A stretch of DNA of 53,851 nt from an uncultured virus (IMG/VR IMGVR_UViG_3300005323_000038) (IMGVR_UViG_3300005323_000038); one strand, 5' to 3'; counted from the first letter of the stretch, positions 28,823 to 38,983 are shown. Program-made: numbers and translations. The notes: generated by a model not told the origin, from the sequence alone.

Positions 28823-29012
28823 AGAAGGACTAAATAACCTTTTAAATGACGCGACGCTTCCTAAGTTTATAAGAGAGTTGATTATTTTAGGGGCTTTTAT
28901 TGCAATAACTCTTGTTATAATGCTTTTTATAAGCTTTCCTGAAGTTATGTTTTGTGCATTAGGATTTTATTTAATGGCAAGAGTATTCATTGAAATATTA
29001 AGGAGGCACTAA
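28803..29012 (+). CDS. Small membrane protein (two hydrophobic segments)
   Basis: LIILGAFIAITLVIMLFISF and VMFCALGFYLM. Confidence 0.55.
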   Translation: MMIKEIKEGLNNLLNDATLPKFIRELIILGAFIAITLVIMLFISFPEVMFCALGFYLMARVFIEILRRH

Positions 29013-29335
29013 TGAAAGATTTTATATGTATTGGAAATTGTCCAATAAACGAGCCATGCGTACAAGTTGATAAAGACATTCCATATTTAAATGAAATGAG
29101 AGAAGAGTGCCAGAGGTTTAGGGATGGGTTAGATAATTACTTTGAATACCTTAAAGATTCTGGAGTGTATTTTTGGGTAAAACAATTTCAACATGATTTT
29201 GGGCCATATTTTGAGGTTGTAGTTTACTTCGACAATGATAGTAAAGAACAAGCAGATGTCGCATTTGAAATAGAATCAAACATTCCTGAAACATGGGATG
29301 AATTAGAGAATATGAAATACGAAAGGACTAAATAA
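29012..29335 (+). CDS. Hypothetical protein, paralog of 24281-24610
   Basis: HDFGPYFEVVV motif; AGGAGG RBS. Confidence 0.7.
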   Translation: MKDFICIGNCPINEPCVQVDKDIPYLNEMREECQRFRDGLDNYFEYLKDSGVYFWVKQFQHDFGPYFEVVVYFDNDSKEQADVAFEIESNIPETWDELENMKYERTK

Positions 29336-29336
29336 A

Positions 29337-30044
29337 ATGGAAACAGAAAAAGTTATAGAAATCTCTTGTACTCAACGAGGATATCCTGCTATATGGGAAA
29401 TGGGTGGAGCGTTAGAAGATTTATCATCTGGATACTCAAGAATTATAACAAGCAACAATAAGAAACCAATGCCATTTGTTTGTGCATCTAAGTCAAGGAC
29501 GGTCAATGGAGAGCATTGTTTAATATTGTTACATCCTGGAGACTATATTGTAGACTGTGAAATGAAATCGAAAGATGGATCTTTTAATTTTGAAGTAAAA
29601 GAATGGCGAGTTGTCGCAATGCTGATGGACTACAAAGTAAAATTACAGGCAACCGATGAGATAAAAGTAAATCTTATTGCAGACGATATGGTTGTTGACG
29701 GAATGAAAAACTACCCAGAACACTATCAATCTGCAATGCTTATCGCCTTAAGTCCTAAATGTAAAACTGCTACATTTGTTGATTGGAACATAATGGATGC
29801 AAATTTAGCAAGGAAGATGTTAAATGAAGAAGGGGAGGTTTTATTCTCTGATGACAAAAGAATGAAATTAAACAATCCGAAAGAAGTCATAAAGAATATT
29901 TTCAGGTGTAATTCGTATGATGAAGCGGTAAATGTTGCAACAAAAAGAAATATAGAAGTTTTGATGTTAGACAATATTCCTTATGGATTGCGAGGTAAAA
30001 ATGGAAGAACTTGCAGCAATAAAAATAATAAAAAATCGGCTTAA
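29337..30044 (+). CDS. Hypothetical protein
   Basis: T..GYPAIWE.GG N-terminal motif. Confidence 0.65.
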   Translation: METEKVIEISCTQRGYPAIWEMGGALEDLSSGYSRIITSNNKKPMPFVCASKSRTVNGEHCLILLHPGDYIVDCEMKSKDGSFNFEVKEWRVVAMLMDYKVKLQATDEIKVNLIADDMVVDGMKNYPEHYQSAMLIALSPKCKTATFVDWNIMDANLARKMLNEEGEVLFSDDKRMKLNNPKEVIKNIFRCNSYDEAVNVATKRNIEVLMLDNIPYGLRGKNGRTCSNKNNKKSA

Positions 30045-30274
30045 TAATAAATTTCCTAATTCTCAATTATATATTGAAACAACATGTTTAGGGAAGTCTT
30101 TATATTAGTTGACGATAGGAAGATATATGATAGCAATGAATTTTTGGCAGAAATAGAAAGAATAAATAGAGAAATATTATGGTCAAATAATGGGCTATGT
30201 CATATATATTTCGCAATTAAATATAAAACAGATAAAGATGTTATGACAATAGAAGAATATATAAAGGAGGAGAG

Positions 30275-30598
30275 ATGAACGAGTATATCAAATTAAATGA
30301 ATATTCTGAAGTAATTTTAACAAAAAATATATGTATCTTGCCCGATCACAAAGATATAGGAGTATATGTTTTGTCTAAAAAAAGGAATAGGATAATAGCC
30401 GAAAACTATTTATCTGTATATCCTAATACAAATAGAAATATTCAAGTAAAATTTCAATATATCATTTCAGAAAGTGGGAAATTATTATCTATTAAAGTAG
30501 ACGATAAAAATTTTGAAGGAGATAACAAAATAAATAGTTATTCGAATTGTTGTGCAATCGAGAAATGGTTAGCAGAACTATTTTTATACGTTAATTAA
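30275..30598 (+). CDS. Hypothetical protein
   Basis: AGGAGG RBS. Confidence 0.55.
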   Translation: MNEYIKLNEYSEVILTKNICILPDHKDIGVYVLSKKRNRIIAENYLSVYPNTNRNIQVKFQYIISESGKLLSIKVDDKNFEGDNKINSYSNCCAIEKWLAELFLYVN

Positions 30599-30663
30599 AA
30601 ATAACTGAGTCAGACAGTAATTTCTGACGCAACCCTATATGGGTAAAAAAGGAGAGAGTTATA

Positions 30664-31299
30664 ATGAACAAAAACTTTAAAATCTATCCGGTAATCGCTA
30701 CAGTTACATTCTTGCACGAGGACACAATTAACACAATTAAAGGCAAACTTCTTTCTGCCGGCATTAAAACCTTTAATGAAGAAAATGTTGAAGCCGCTGC
30801 TTGCTTTACTGAAAATATGGTAAAAGAGGGAAAGCCGATTACCTTCAATAAATTCCTCGATGCTTTAATCCCACTTTGCCGTATCAAAGTTACATGTGAA
30901 GACTGGAATGTTAAATTTAAAATTGATTATCAACCAAACGCCAAACTCAAAGATACTGACGTTGAAAAGACTTCTCTTTCAAATAAACAAATGAAATATC
31001 ACTTTGATTCAACTGTTAGTAAAACATATAACCTTAAAGTTCCAAGAACTGAAATCCCTCCCGCTGTTCCAATGAGAGCGGTTAAATATAACTTTGATAC
31101 AATCGAAGAAGCATATGATGTTCTTAAGAACTTTGAGAATAGAAAAATGGAAATCGCAGTCAAAGGTCAGCTTGTAACATTACAGGAACTTGGAATCAAA
31201 TCAGGGATTTTGAAGCCGTTGCCGATCCAAGACAGAGAAATTCCTAAACCAAAAGAATTAAAAGACGAACAGAAAAAAGAATTAGATAACCTAATTTAA
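30664..31299 (+). CDS. Hypothetical protein
   Basis: AAGGAG RBS. Confidence 0.65.
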   Translation: MNKNFKIYPVIATVTFLHEDTINTIKGKLLSAGIKTFNEENVEAAACFTENMVKEGKPITFNKFLDALIPLCRIKVTCEDWNVKFKIDYQPNAKLKDTDVEKTSLSNKQMKYHFDSTVSKTYNLKVPRTEIPPAVPMRAVKYNFDTIEEAYDVLKNFENRKMEIAVKGQLVTLQELGIKSGILKPLPIQDREIPKPKELKDEQKKELDNLI

Positions 31300-31320
31300 A
31301 GGATAAAGTATGAATAAGGA

Positions 31321-31572
31321 GTGGTAAAAATGGGAAGAAAGAAAAAAGAACAAGTCGAATCAAATGGTAGAGTTTTGTATTTCTTAAAAGTAGGAGATTC
31401 AATAATTAATATATACCAAATATTCAGAATATCAAAACCAAAAGAAAATTATGGCGATAACAAAAGAATAAAAGTAGAATATCTTAGGGCTACTTCTGAG
31501 TGTTTTGAATTTGATTCTGAATCTGAAAGAGATAAAGAATATGAGAGAATATCAAAAGAAATGTTAATGTAG
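31321..31572 (+). CDS. Hypothetical protein, paralog of 32321-32611
   Basis: F.KV.D.I....I..ISK...D.E..RD..Y..I pattern shared. Confidence 0.6.
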   Translation: MVKMGRKKKEQVESNGRVLYFLKVGDSIINIYQIFRISKPKENYGDNKRIKVEYLRATSECFEFDSESERDKEYERISKEMLM

Positions 31573-31804
31573 TTAATTTTGGGTAAAGGCGTTTTCCGAG
31601 GACGCTGACTGGTGAGCAGTCTTGCCAGTCACCCATAAAACAAGGATGTGTGTTCTTTTTGAATGAACTTGAGATAAAAGTTATGTTGCTGTATATTGAT
31701 TTAAAAACATTTAACGAAATCGATATAGAGATGGGATTTAAAAAAGGTGGGCGAAAACAATAATAAAATTTATAAGAAATAAATATTACTCTGGATGTGT
31801 GTAA

Positions 31805-32092
31805 ATGGAAAGATTTAAAAAGTTTAGGAAACAAAATTTGCCAGTATTAAACGGAACATTTCGTTCATATAAAGAATTCTTAAACCTTGAGGAATCCCAA
31901 TGGGCGAGTAGAATTAAAGTGTGTACAAATAAAGAAGCGTTAATGGATATTTACAATAATTTCAATAATATTAAAGCAAAGGAGTTGATAAAAGTAAGAT
32001 TAAGAGAGTTAAAAATTAAAGTTGGAGATGATGTGAAGAGAACTAATTTTAAGCCACAAATAAATATTTTAAAATCTAAATTTGTTAGATAA
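31805..32092 (+). CDS. Hypothetical protein
   Basis: Co-oriented ORF. Confidence 0.5.
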   Translation: MERFKKFRKQNLPVLNGTFRSYKEFLNLEESQWASRIKVCTNKEALMDIYNNFNNIKAKELIKVRLRELKIKVGDDVKRTNFKPQINILKSKFVR

Positions 32093-32094
32093 AA

Positions 32095-32319
32095 ATGGAG
32101 GAAGTTATGAGCAATGATCCAATACTTTCATATATTATGTCGCATAAAATGAAAGGCTTAGACGAGGCTAAAAAGTGTTTTGAAGAGCATGAAGTCGAGG
32201 AAATAAGATATGAGCATAATCTTGAAGATACCAAGGTAGAATATGAATGCAATACTTGTGGAAGAAAGATATATTTATCATATACTCTTGATAGAGTTTC
32301 AATTGAGGAGGGAAAGTAG
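32095..32319 (+). CDS. Small zinc-ribbon-like protein
   Basis: C...H and YECNTCG motifs. Confidence 0.5.
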   Translation: MEEVMSNDPILSYIMSHKMKGLDEAKKCFEEHEVEEIRYEHNLEDTKVEYECNTCGRKIYLSYTLDRVSIEEGK

Positions 32320-32320
32320 T

Positions 32321-32611
32321 ATGTTTGCACCAGATCCTATGTTTACTTCAATTGTATCAAGCCCATGTGAATTTATAAAAGTAAAAGATTATATTTTCAG
32401 AAAAGATAAAATAATGAAAATATCAAAAGAACTTGATTTATGCTCAATAATCAAAGAATCTGATAACTCATTTATGATTAATATAATTTTACAGAATGGT
32501 GAAAAAACTATCATATATTATGACACAGAGCAACAAAGAGATAATGGCTATAAAGATATATGTCTTGATTTAGGAATTCCAGAGGAATTTAAAGAAGATG
32601 GTGAAAAATGA
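32321..32611 (+). CDS. Hypothetical protein, paralog of 31321-31572
   Basis: GGAGG RBS; shared motif. Confidence 0.6.
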   Translation: MFAPDPMFTSIVSSPCEFIKVKDYIFRKDKIMKISKELDLCSIIKESDNSFMINIILQNGEKTIIYYDTEQQRDNGYKDICLDLGIPEEFKEDGEK

Positions 32612-32859
32612 GTATAATCGAAAAAGCATTATCAATTTTAAGAGGAGGGAAAGTTATGACAAAAGTAGTAATAAAACATCACGATGGCCCGATGAAAGGT
32701 GAAATATTTGTATATGGAAGAAGTTTTACACTATGGCCTGATGGTTCAGAAACAAAAGTAAAAGGCGGGCATGATTTAGATCAGGTAATAAAAGACGCTG
32801 AATCATATAAAAAAGAAGGGCATGATTTAACAATAACAAAGCATTATGAAAGGATATGA
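32608..32859 (+). CDS. Hypothetical protein
   Basis: Coupled ORF. Confidence 0.5.
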   Translation: MSIIEKALSILRGGKVMTKVVIKHHDGPMKGEIFVYGRSFTLWPDGSETKVKGGHDLDQVIKDAESYKKEGHDLTITKHYERI

Positions 32860-33211
32860 GATGAATAAGAAAGCAAAACAATATGTTGACGAAGTTATGA
32901 GCAAGTATAAAGAAATTTCATATGAAGAGGCAAAACATAAAACATTCAATATAATTCACATCTATGATACAAAGAAATACGCTTATCCAGATGGATTCAT
33001 AGACGCTAATTTTATTAAAGTTGCATTTTTTAACTCTGAAGACAACATTTGCTATAAGCCAGATAAATTTTTTGATAGCGTAGATTTTACATCGTTCAGA
33101 AATGTTAATACAAATCAGATAAAGATATTTCCTGATAGGTCTACAATGGTATGGTTTAAAGATTTTGTAAGGATAAGTTTCCCAATGACACAATGTTTAT
33201 GTTTTGAATAG
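32846..33211 (+). CDS. Hypothetical protein
   Basis: Coupled ORF. Confidence 0.55.
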   Translation: MKGYEMNKKAKQYVDEVMSKYKEISYEEAKHKTFNIIHIYDTKKYAYPDGFIDANFIKVAFFNSEDNICYKPDKFFDSVDFTSFRNVNTNQIKIFPDRSTMVWFKDFVRISFPMTQCLCFE

Positions 33212-33220
33212 GAGGCTGAA

Positions 33221-33688
33221 GTGGATAAAGGATTAAAATTGAGAGTATTTCTGAAATTCTGTAAAGATAACCACATCGATACCTCAACTGAAAATATTGA
33301 AGTTGATGATAGAGATGGGGCTGTAGTATTATCAGATCGTGAAGAATATTTAGTTTTCACAGATGCCGAAGCCAATAAAGAATGTAAAGAAAGAATCCTC
33401 GAAGATCTATGGGCATTTAGAGCGTCATACATAATACAGTATATGAAGGGATACGATAAACTTTCATTGCAGCAGGATAAAGTTTTAATAGATACAATAG
33501 AAAAAATACAAGAACTCTTATGCGAAGGTGCAAATCCAATAATCGAAGCAATAATACAAAATATGGATAGCTTTATACAAGACTCGATTGAGGCAGATGG
33601 CAGAGGGCATTTTTTGGCAAGTTACGATAACAACGAAAACGAAGTGACATATAATAGAAATATCTATTATGTTTATAGAAGGAATTAA
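33221..33688 (+). CDS. Conserved phage-type hypothetical protein
   Basis: EYLVFTD.EA...DGRGHFLASYD..E motif; AGGAGG RBS. Confidence 0.7.
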   Translation: MDKGLKLRVFLKFCKDNHIDTSTENIEVDDRDGAVVLSDREEYLVFTDAEANKECKERILEDLWAFRASYIIQYMKGYDKLSLQQDKVLIDTIEKIQELLCEGANPIIEAIIQNMDSFIQDSIEADGRGHFLASYDNNENEVTYNRNIYYVYRRN

Positions 33689-33988
33689 TATGAATTTAAA
33701 AAATATATTCGAAAGAATTGAAATCGAATCCGAAGTAAATAATGGATACGATTTAAGCAACATTAAAGAAATCGTTGAAGCGATAAAAGAAAAGTGGTAT
33801 TAAGGACTTCAAGAATAGTAGGGAAATCAATATGGAAACATATTGGGAGGAGAAACTATGAAAACTATATTATTAACTGATAGAATAACAGGTGAAGTAT
33901 TGCATATTGAAGAAGGAATGATAAAACATTATATTAAGGCAGAAATAGAAGAGTTCTCACAATGTTGCGTTGAGTTAGAGGTGATAAA

Positions 33989-34273
33989 ATGAAGGTAAAT
34001 AAATTGCCAACAGATTATTTCTACAGATGGCTTAACGATGAAGATACAAAAGCAATGATAGATCATTTTGATAGACCTGATTGGCTTGAGGGCTTTAGGT
34101 CGTTTATGGTTTGGGTTGAAAATGGCGAATACAAAGAAGTCTATGGATGCGAAACAAAGATTCCATATTTAGACTCTGAGGCAGAGCAGCTTGTAAAAGA
34201 TGGGAAAATAATTGAACAACCAGCAGCATCAGGATATTTTCATAATTTTATTAAATTTATAACGAAAGGATAA
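33989..34273 (+). CDS. Hypothetical protein
   Basis: GAGGTG RBS. Confidence 0.55.
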   Translation: MKVNKLPTDYFYRWLNDEDTKAMIDHFDRPDWLEGFRSFMVWVENGEYKEVYGCETKIPYLDSEAEQLVKDGKIIEQPAASGYFHNFIKFITKG

Positions 34274-34276
34274 AGT

Positions 34277-34666
34277 ATGCTAAAACCGATATCTGGCAAA
34301 GTAATGATTCAAAGCGGAGAACATTCGGCTTTGTGTCTTGGAACACAAGAATTGTATATCTTTATCACACCAGTTGATGAAGCGTTTAAATATATAGTCG
34401 GAAGGCCTATAGATATATGCGCTAATATTTTGCTTATAGATGTTTCCAGGCCATTAACGAGTCGAAACGACGAAGTTAGATTTGAAGATTGTTGTGCTAT
34501 ATACTCTATGAAAGAATCAGGTCTAAAATTATGTGAAGAGTTAAAAACCGCTTGCAAACAAATATATTGTGACGATGAATGGACAAAGAAAGATGAAGAA
34601 AAGGTTTTAAAATCAATTCAATTTAATTTTAATGCTCATTTCTTTTGGGAAGGAGAGGTTGTGTAA
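34277..34666 (+). CDS. Hypothetical protein
   Basis: Coupled ORF. Confidence 0.55.
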   Translation: MLKPISGKVMIQSGEHSALCLGTQELYIFITPVDEAFKYIVGRPIDICANILLIDVSRPLTSRNDEVRFEDCCAIYSMKESGLKLCEELKTACKQIYCDDEWTKKDEEKVLKSIQFNFNAHFFWEGEVV

Positions 34667-35370
34667 TTATGTTATTGTCAAGTATATTAGATAATATAAG
34701 CCCAAAATATTATTTAGTTTTCAGTAAAAACGTAATGAATGTAAAACCGGTATACTCAGTCTGTTCAGGTCGTGAAATAATATACTGCTATAAAACTGAT
34801 GATGGCCAAGTAGAAACACTTAAAAATTGTAATTTGGTAGAGTTAAGCGACGGACAGGTTATGGCACTTCGGTCTTTAGAATTTGATATATCTGAGTCAA
34901 AGGAAAAACTTCATGAATTGGGGCTAAGAGTAAAAAACAGCAGAAGACAATTTGACCTTCAATGCGGTTCGATAATATCAAATAATGATGTGATAAGAGT
35001 AGGTGGAAAAACAGTGTTTGGCAATAAATATTTTAATGAAGCAAAAATGTCAATAGATATACAAGGCCGAACTATTATAGACCTTTATAAAAATAGCAAG
35101 TATTTTGTATCCGCATCCGAAGACCTTTTCAATTTGCTAAAAAATGCGTCAAATATTTTGCAATTTAAAACGTCTTTAAACCCTCCTGACGAAGATAATA
35201 AGTCATGTAGTATTTTAATTTACAAAAGCAAAAATAGATTTACAACAATAAATAAAAATCTAAAAGATATAACAAAAAAAGAATTAGACGAACTATTTAT
35301 AAAAATAGATAAACTTTCAGAACAAATAGAACCAGAATATATAACAAAATTTAATAATGATATTTATTGA
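34645..35370 (+). CDS. Hypothetical protein
   Basis: Long co-oriented ORF. Confidence 0.6.
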   Translation: MGRRGCVIMLLSSILDNISPKYYLVFSKNVMNVKPVYSVCSGREIIYCYKTDDGQVETLKNCNLVELSDGQVMALRSLEFDISESKEKLHELGLRVKNSRRQFDLQCGSIISNNDVIRVGGKTVFGNKYFNEAKMSIDIQGRTIIDLYKNSKYFVSASEDLFNLLKNASNILQFKTSLNPPDEDNKSCSILIYKSKNRFTTINKNLKDITKKELDELFIKIDKLSEQIEPEYITKFNNDIY

Positions 35371-35594
35371 TTGGAGGACTTATGAAAAGTCGTATTACTT
35401 GTGACAATTGCAAAAGTGAAGTAGAAGAAAATGATGATTATGATGGGTATTATTGTCCTTATTGTGGAAGCAATGATACAAATTGTGGTTATAACGATGA
35501 TTATCCAGACCATAATGGTAATTATGATGAATATGGAATTCTTATATCATGCCATAAATGCAAAAGAGAATATACCGTTGAGAGAAAGCAATGA
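35367..35594 (+). CDS. Small Cys-rich zinc-ribbon protein
   Basis: CDNC, CPYCGS and CHKC motifs. Confidence 0.6.
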   Translation: MIGGLMKSRITCDNCKSEVEENDDYDGYYCPYCGSNDTNCGYNDDYPDHNGNYDEYGILISCHKCKREYTVERKQ

Positions 35595-35887
35595 ACCCCC
35601 TTGGCAAAGGCGTTCATGTTAAGGGTCATCATTCAAAACGATACTACGAAGGCATTTGTGAATTTTGTGGCGAAACTTTTTTATCGGCAAGAAAAGGAAC
35701 AAGATTTTGCCCTGAACCTAAAACTTGCTACAACAAAGCGCGGCAAGAAAAGAAACGCCGAGAAGCTGGTGCAAAAAAACGAAAACAATATAATGTAGAA
35801 AAGTGGGATTTTAAGACGGTTTATCCACATAAAGGAGAGAAAAAAGATATAATATTCTATGACGAAGCAGATAATCTGATAAATTAA
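35591..35887 (+). CDS. Zinc-finger protein
   Basis: CEFCGETF...RFC...C. Confidence 0.55.
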   Translation: MNPLGKGVHVKGHHSKRYYEGICEFCGETFLSARKGTRFCPEPKTCYNKARQEKKRREAGAKKRKQYNVEKWDFKTVYPHKGEKKDIIFYDEADNLIN

Positions 35888-35888
35888 T

Positions 35889-36260
35889 ATGGAGGGAATA
35901 ATGAACATAATTGAAGAAAAAGAAAGACTTATTAGTGCATATCCAAACTTAATAACAATAGAGAATATAAAAGATAAACCAAGGATAATTGCAACAAAGA
36001 ATATAAGAATTGAATTAAAACAAATGTTTCCAGATGTAAAGTTTTCAATTAAATCAAGAACATTTGCGAACGGTGACGCAATAGATGTATCTTGGGAATA
36101 TGGGCCACAGGTAGAACAAGTCAGAAAAATAATAGAGAAATATCAATATGGAGAATTTGACGGAAGAAGTGATACTTATATACATAGACTATCTATATTC
36201 AATGATCTATTTGGCGGAGTAAAATATGTTTCTGGCAGAAGAAAGGGGATAATAGTATGA
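35889..36260 (+). CDS. LPD29-like domain protein
   Basis: IR.ELK..FP.VKFS......I.VSW..GP....V..I...YQ.G.FDG..D pattern of LPD29. Confidence 0.65.
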   Translation: MEGIMNIIEEKERLISAYPNLITIENIKDKPRIIATKNIRIELKQMFPDVKFSIKSRTFANGDAIDVSWEYGPQVEQVRKIIEKYQYGEFDGRSDTYIHRLSIFNDLFGGVKYVSGRRKGIIV

Positions 36261-36463
36261 TTTTGTATGATGCTACTTGGATAGACAATGATGGTTGCGA
36301 ATACCCTATAGTCGACGGAATAACGATATACAAAGCGTTAGATGCAATAAAAAATGATATAAAAGAACATGGTCTTGAAGATGGTGGATATTACAAAATA
36401 TATGAATATAACGAAGATGACGAACAGGAAATAAAAAGAATTTTTAAATTCGGAAGAGTATAA
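36257..36463 (+). CDS. Hypothetical protein
   Basis: Coupled ORF. Confidence 0.5.
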   Translation: MILYDATWIDNDGCEYPIVDGITIYKALDAIKNDIKEHGLEDGGYYKIYEYNEDDEQEIKRIFKFGRV

Positions 36464-36475
36464 ATTGGAGGTAAT

Positions 36476-37573
36476 ATGAGTACAAATTTTATTTTAGTCG
36501 GTGGAGATTTTGACAATAAAGGTGGAAAAGAATCAGGATATATAAATAAATTCAAGGAAGAATTTTTAAAAATAAAGAATTTACGACATGGGTTCGTTTG
36601 CTATAACGGAGGGCATATAAGAACTATAAATGAAATTTTGAATTCTTTATCTATGTTTGACTTTGAAGAAGACCAAATAGTTTTAATGTGGTTTCCTAAT
36701 ATTTCTAATTCCGAAGGCAAAGTAGATATAAAGGCGAGATATCCTAAACTTTACCTAGTATCGTCAAAAAGAAACAATAACGAATATTCAATTCAAGAAT
36801 TAATTCAAAGAGGACTTAAATCAAAAAGCAATCTGTTCTTAACCTTTTCAAAAATAGATAATAAAACTATAGTAGGAAGAATATATGATCCTCTTGGAAA
36901 CCTTTATGAAGAAGGATCAAATATTAGTCAAATAGTAAAAAAATTATATTCAAGGATTTTGGATATTGTTTCATATAATAGAAAATCGTTAAATAAAATA
37001 ATTAAAAATCCAAATGAGATAACCATACAAAATTTATTTGAATTTGAGAAAATAGTTCAAGATTTTGGTAATAGATTTCATGAATTAATATACGGTAAAG
37101 CAAAAATTGATAGGTTTCTTGGTAACGCTTCTTGCAGATGTTCTTTTGGTTTTGCCTCGGTAAATCTTCAAAACAAAACTATTCTTTGTTCTCCAAGAAA
37201 TGTAGATAAGAAAAAATTAAAAATAAAAGATTTTGTTTATGTTTCTGGAGATGATTATTATGGCGATATTAAACCAAGTATAGACGCACCGATTCATGTT
37301 AAGTTGTATGATTTCTTTAACGACTTAAACTATATAATACACTCTCATGTTTATATTAAAGACGCACCTTTTACAAAAGAAAGAATACCTTGTGGATGTT
37401 TAGAAGAATGGGAAGAAATAAAAATGGTTTGCCGATATGAAGGAATGAATTCCATAAGAACAAGAAAAATTAATTTACTTGGACATGGAAGTATAATCCT
37501 TGCAAAAACATTGGAAGATTTTAAAAATATAGAATTTGAAGCAAGGCCAATGCCTGAGAAAGTTTGGAGGTAA
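36476..37573 (+). CDS. Class II aldolase/adducin-like domain protein
   Basis: GNASCR, PSIDAPIH, IIHSH and LLGHG metal-binding motifs. Confidence 0.7.
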   Translation: MSTNFILVGGDFDNKGGKESGYINKFKEEFLKIKNLRHGFVCYNGGHIRTINEILNSLSMFDFEEDQIVLMWFPNISNSEGKVDIKARYPKLYLVSSKRNNNEYSIQELIQRGLKSKSNLFLTFSKIDNKTIVGRIYDPLGNLYEEGSNISQIVKKLYSRILDIVSYNRKSLNKIIKNPNEITIQNLFEFEKIVQDFGNRFHELIYGKAKIDRFLGNASCRCSFGFASVNLQNKTILCSPRNVDKKKLKIKDFVYVSGDDYYGDIKPSIDAPIHVKLYDFFNDLNYIIHSHVYIKDAPFTKERIPCGCLEEWEEIKMVCRYEGMNSIRTRKINLLGHGSIILAKTLEDFKNIEFEARPMPEKVWR

Positions 37574-38013
37574 TTATGGGGAGAGTTAAATGTATCATTC
37601 TGATAAGAAATACAAAAGAAAAAGAAGACTTTGAGAATGCAGAAAATATAAATGACCTAACAAATAAAGTTGGAGATTTTTACGATCCGATTGATGTCGA
37701 CAGAGATTGTATTTATCGCGATAGTCCAAAGTTTTTAGAAGAATTAAAGGAGATTTATGGATCAATAAACAGTGATATTTCTTGTAATGAAAATATAGCA
37801 AATAAAGCAAAAGAAAGAAACGATAAGCATTCTGAGTATCTTTATAATTATTACAAATATGCTTCATTAGCAGGAATACCTCATTATGGTTCAAGTTGTA
37901 TAACCGATGATACCTATGGAGAATATAGCCCAGAAGAAATAAAGGATATGATCGATAGACCAGAAATGTTAAAAGATTTTGTTGGAATGCTAATTCTGAA
38001 TATTCATTGTTAA
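37564..38013 (+). CDS. Hypothetical protein
   Basis: GGAGG RBS. Confidence 0.55.
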   Translation: MEVIMGRVKCIILIRNTKEKEDFENAENINDLTNKVGDFYDPIDVDRDCIYRDSPKFLEELKEIYGSINSDISCNENIANKAKERNDKHSEYLYNYYKYASLAGIPHYGSSCITDDTYGEYSPEEIKDMIDRPEMLKDFVGMLILNIHC

Positions 38014-38357
38014 TTTTGGAGGTAATTATTAACAATAAAAATATTAGAAAACTTTCGGAAGAAGTAACTGAAAATCTTTTAAAATTTTGTGACGAAATAA
38101 ACAAAAAGACGGAGGTCAACATGAGTAAAAGCTATGATTTGTGGGTATTTGATGGCAAAAAAGAGAAAAATATTGATATCAATTTATTATTTGTTGAAGC
38201 TATGGGCATTATGACAGAAAAAGTAAATAATAAAGAAGCAGATTTATCAAACGAGATTTTTATTTTGAAAGAATTTAATGACTCCAATTCAGGAAATATT
38301 AATAACGTAATTTGTTTTGGCGAAATAAATAATATTCTTTATTACGCTCATGCGTAA
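38007..38357 (+). CDS. Hypothetical protein (possibly starts at MSKSY)
   Basis: GGAGG RBS. Confidence 0.5.
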   Translation: MLILEVIINNKNIRKLSEEVTENLLKFCDEINKKTEVNMSKSYDLWVFDGKKEKNIDINLLFVEAMGIMTEKVNNKEADLSNEIFILKEFNDSNSGNINNVICFGEINNILYYAHA

Positions 38358-38365
38358 GTCAAAAG

Positions 38366-38613
38366 TTATCCACAGGCTCTAGTGCTGATAAGCAGTCTTG
38401 AAACAGTTACTATAAAATATCTACTTCGTTTATCAGACAGTACAACGGTTTTCAGAGAGTAATTCTGAGTATATAAATCAGGTATTTTGAAAACTGTTTA
38501 TTTTCAAGACTTAAGACCTGTGGATAATGGGGATAGAACTAACTTTGCTTAGAACCATATAACTTTTCAATCAAATAAAATTGTGGATAACCTGTTGATA
38601 ACTTTGTGGATAA
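38366..38613. promoter_or_regulatory. DnaA-box cluster
   Basis: Perfect TTATCCACA at 38366 (+) and TGTGGATAA at 38519, 38582 and 38605; near-matches TGTTGATAA at 38593 and TGGGGATAG at 38528. Confidence 0.8.
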
Positions 38614-38666
38614 GTTTTTATAACATGAGTAAATTAATCATGTTGAGTAGGAACGGAGGAAATAAA

Positions 38667-38933
38667 ATGGCATCAGATGAAAAATATATTGATTGCCCCG
38701 AATGCGGTAAAAGCGTACTTATGACACTAAATGTTCAGTCAAATGAATGGAATGGGTATTGCGATAACTGTCAAGAACACGTCTTTGTTAAAAATATCAA
38801 CAAAGATAATATAGAAATAACGCATTGTCCTTTGTGTGGCGTATGCTTAAAAGAAGAATGCTGGCCAAACAAAGAAATAAGATGTGAAATATGCGGATAT
38901 AAATTTGAAGTTTATGTTCCAGACGAACAATAG
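38667..38933 (+). CDS. Cys-rich double zinc-ribbon protein
   Basis: CPEC, CDNC, CPLC and CEIC motifs; GGAGG RBS. Confidence 0.65.
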   Translation: MASDEKYIDCPECGKSVLMTLNVQSNEWNGYCDNCQEHVFVKNINKDNIEITHCPLCGVCLKEECWPNKEIRCEICGYKFEVYVPDEQ

Positions 38934-38983
38934 GAGGAGTAAGAAACAGTAAATAAATTTATATAAAATTATATAAAAACGTA

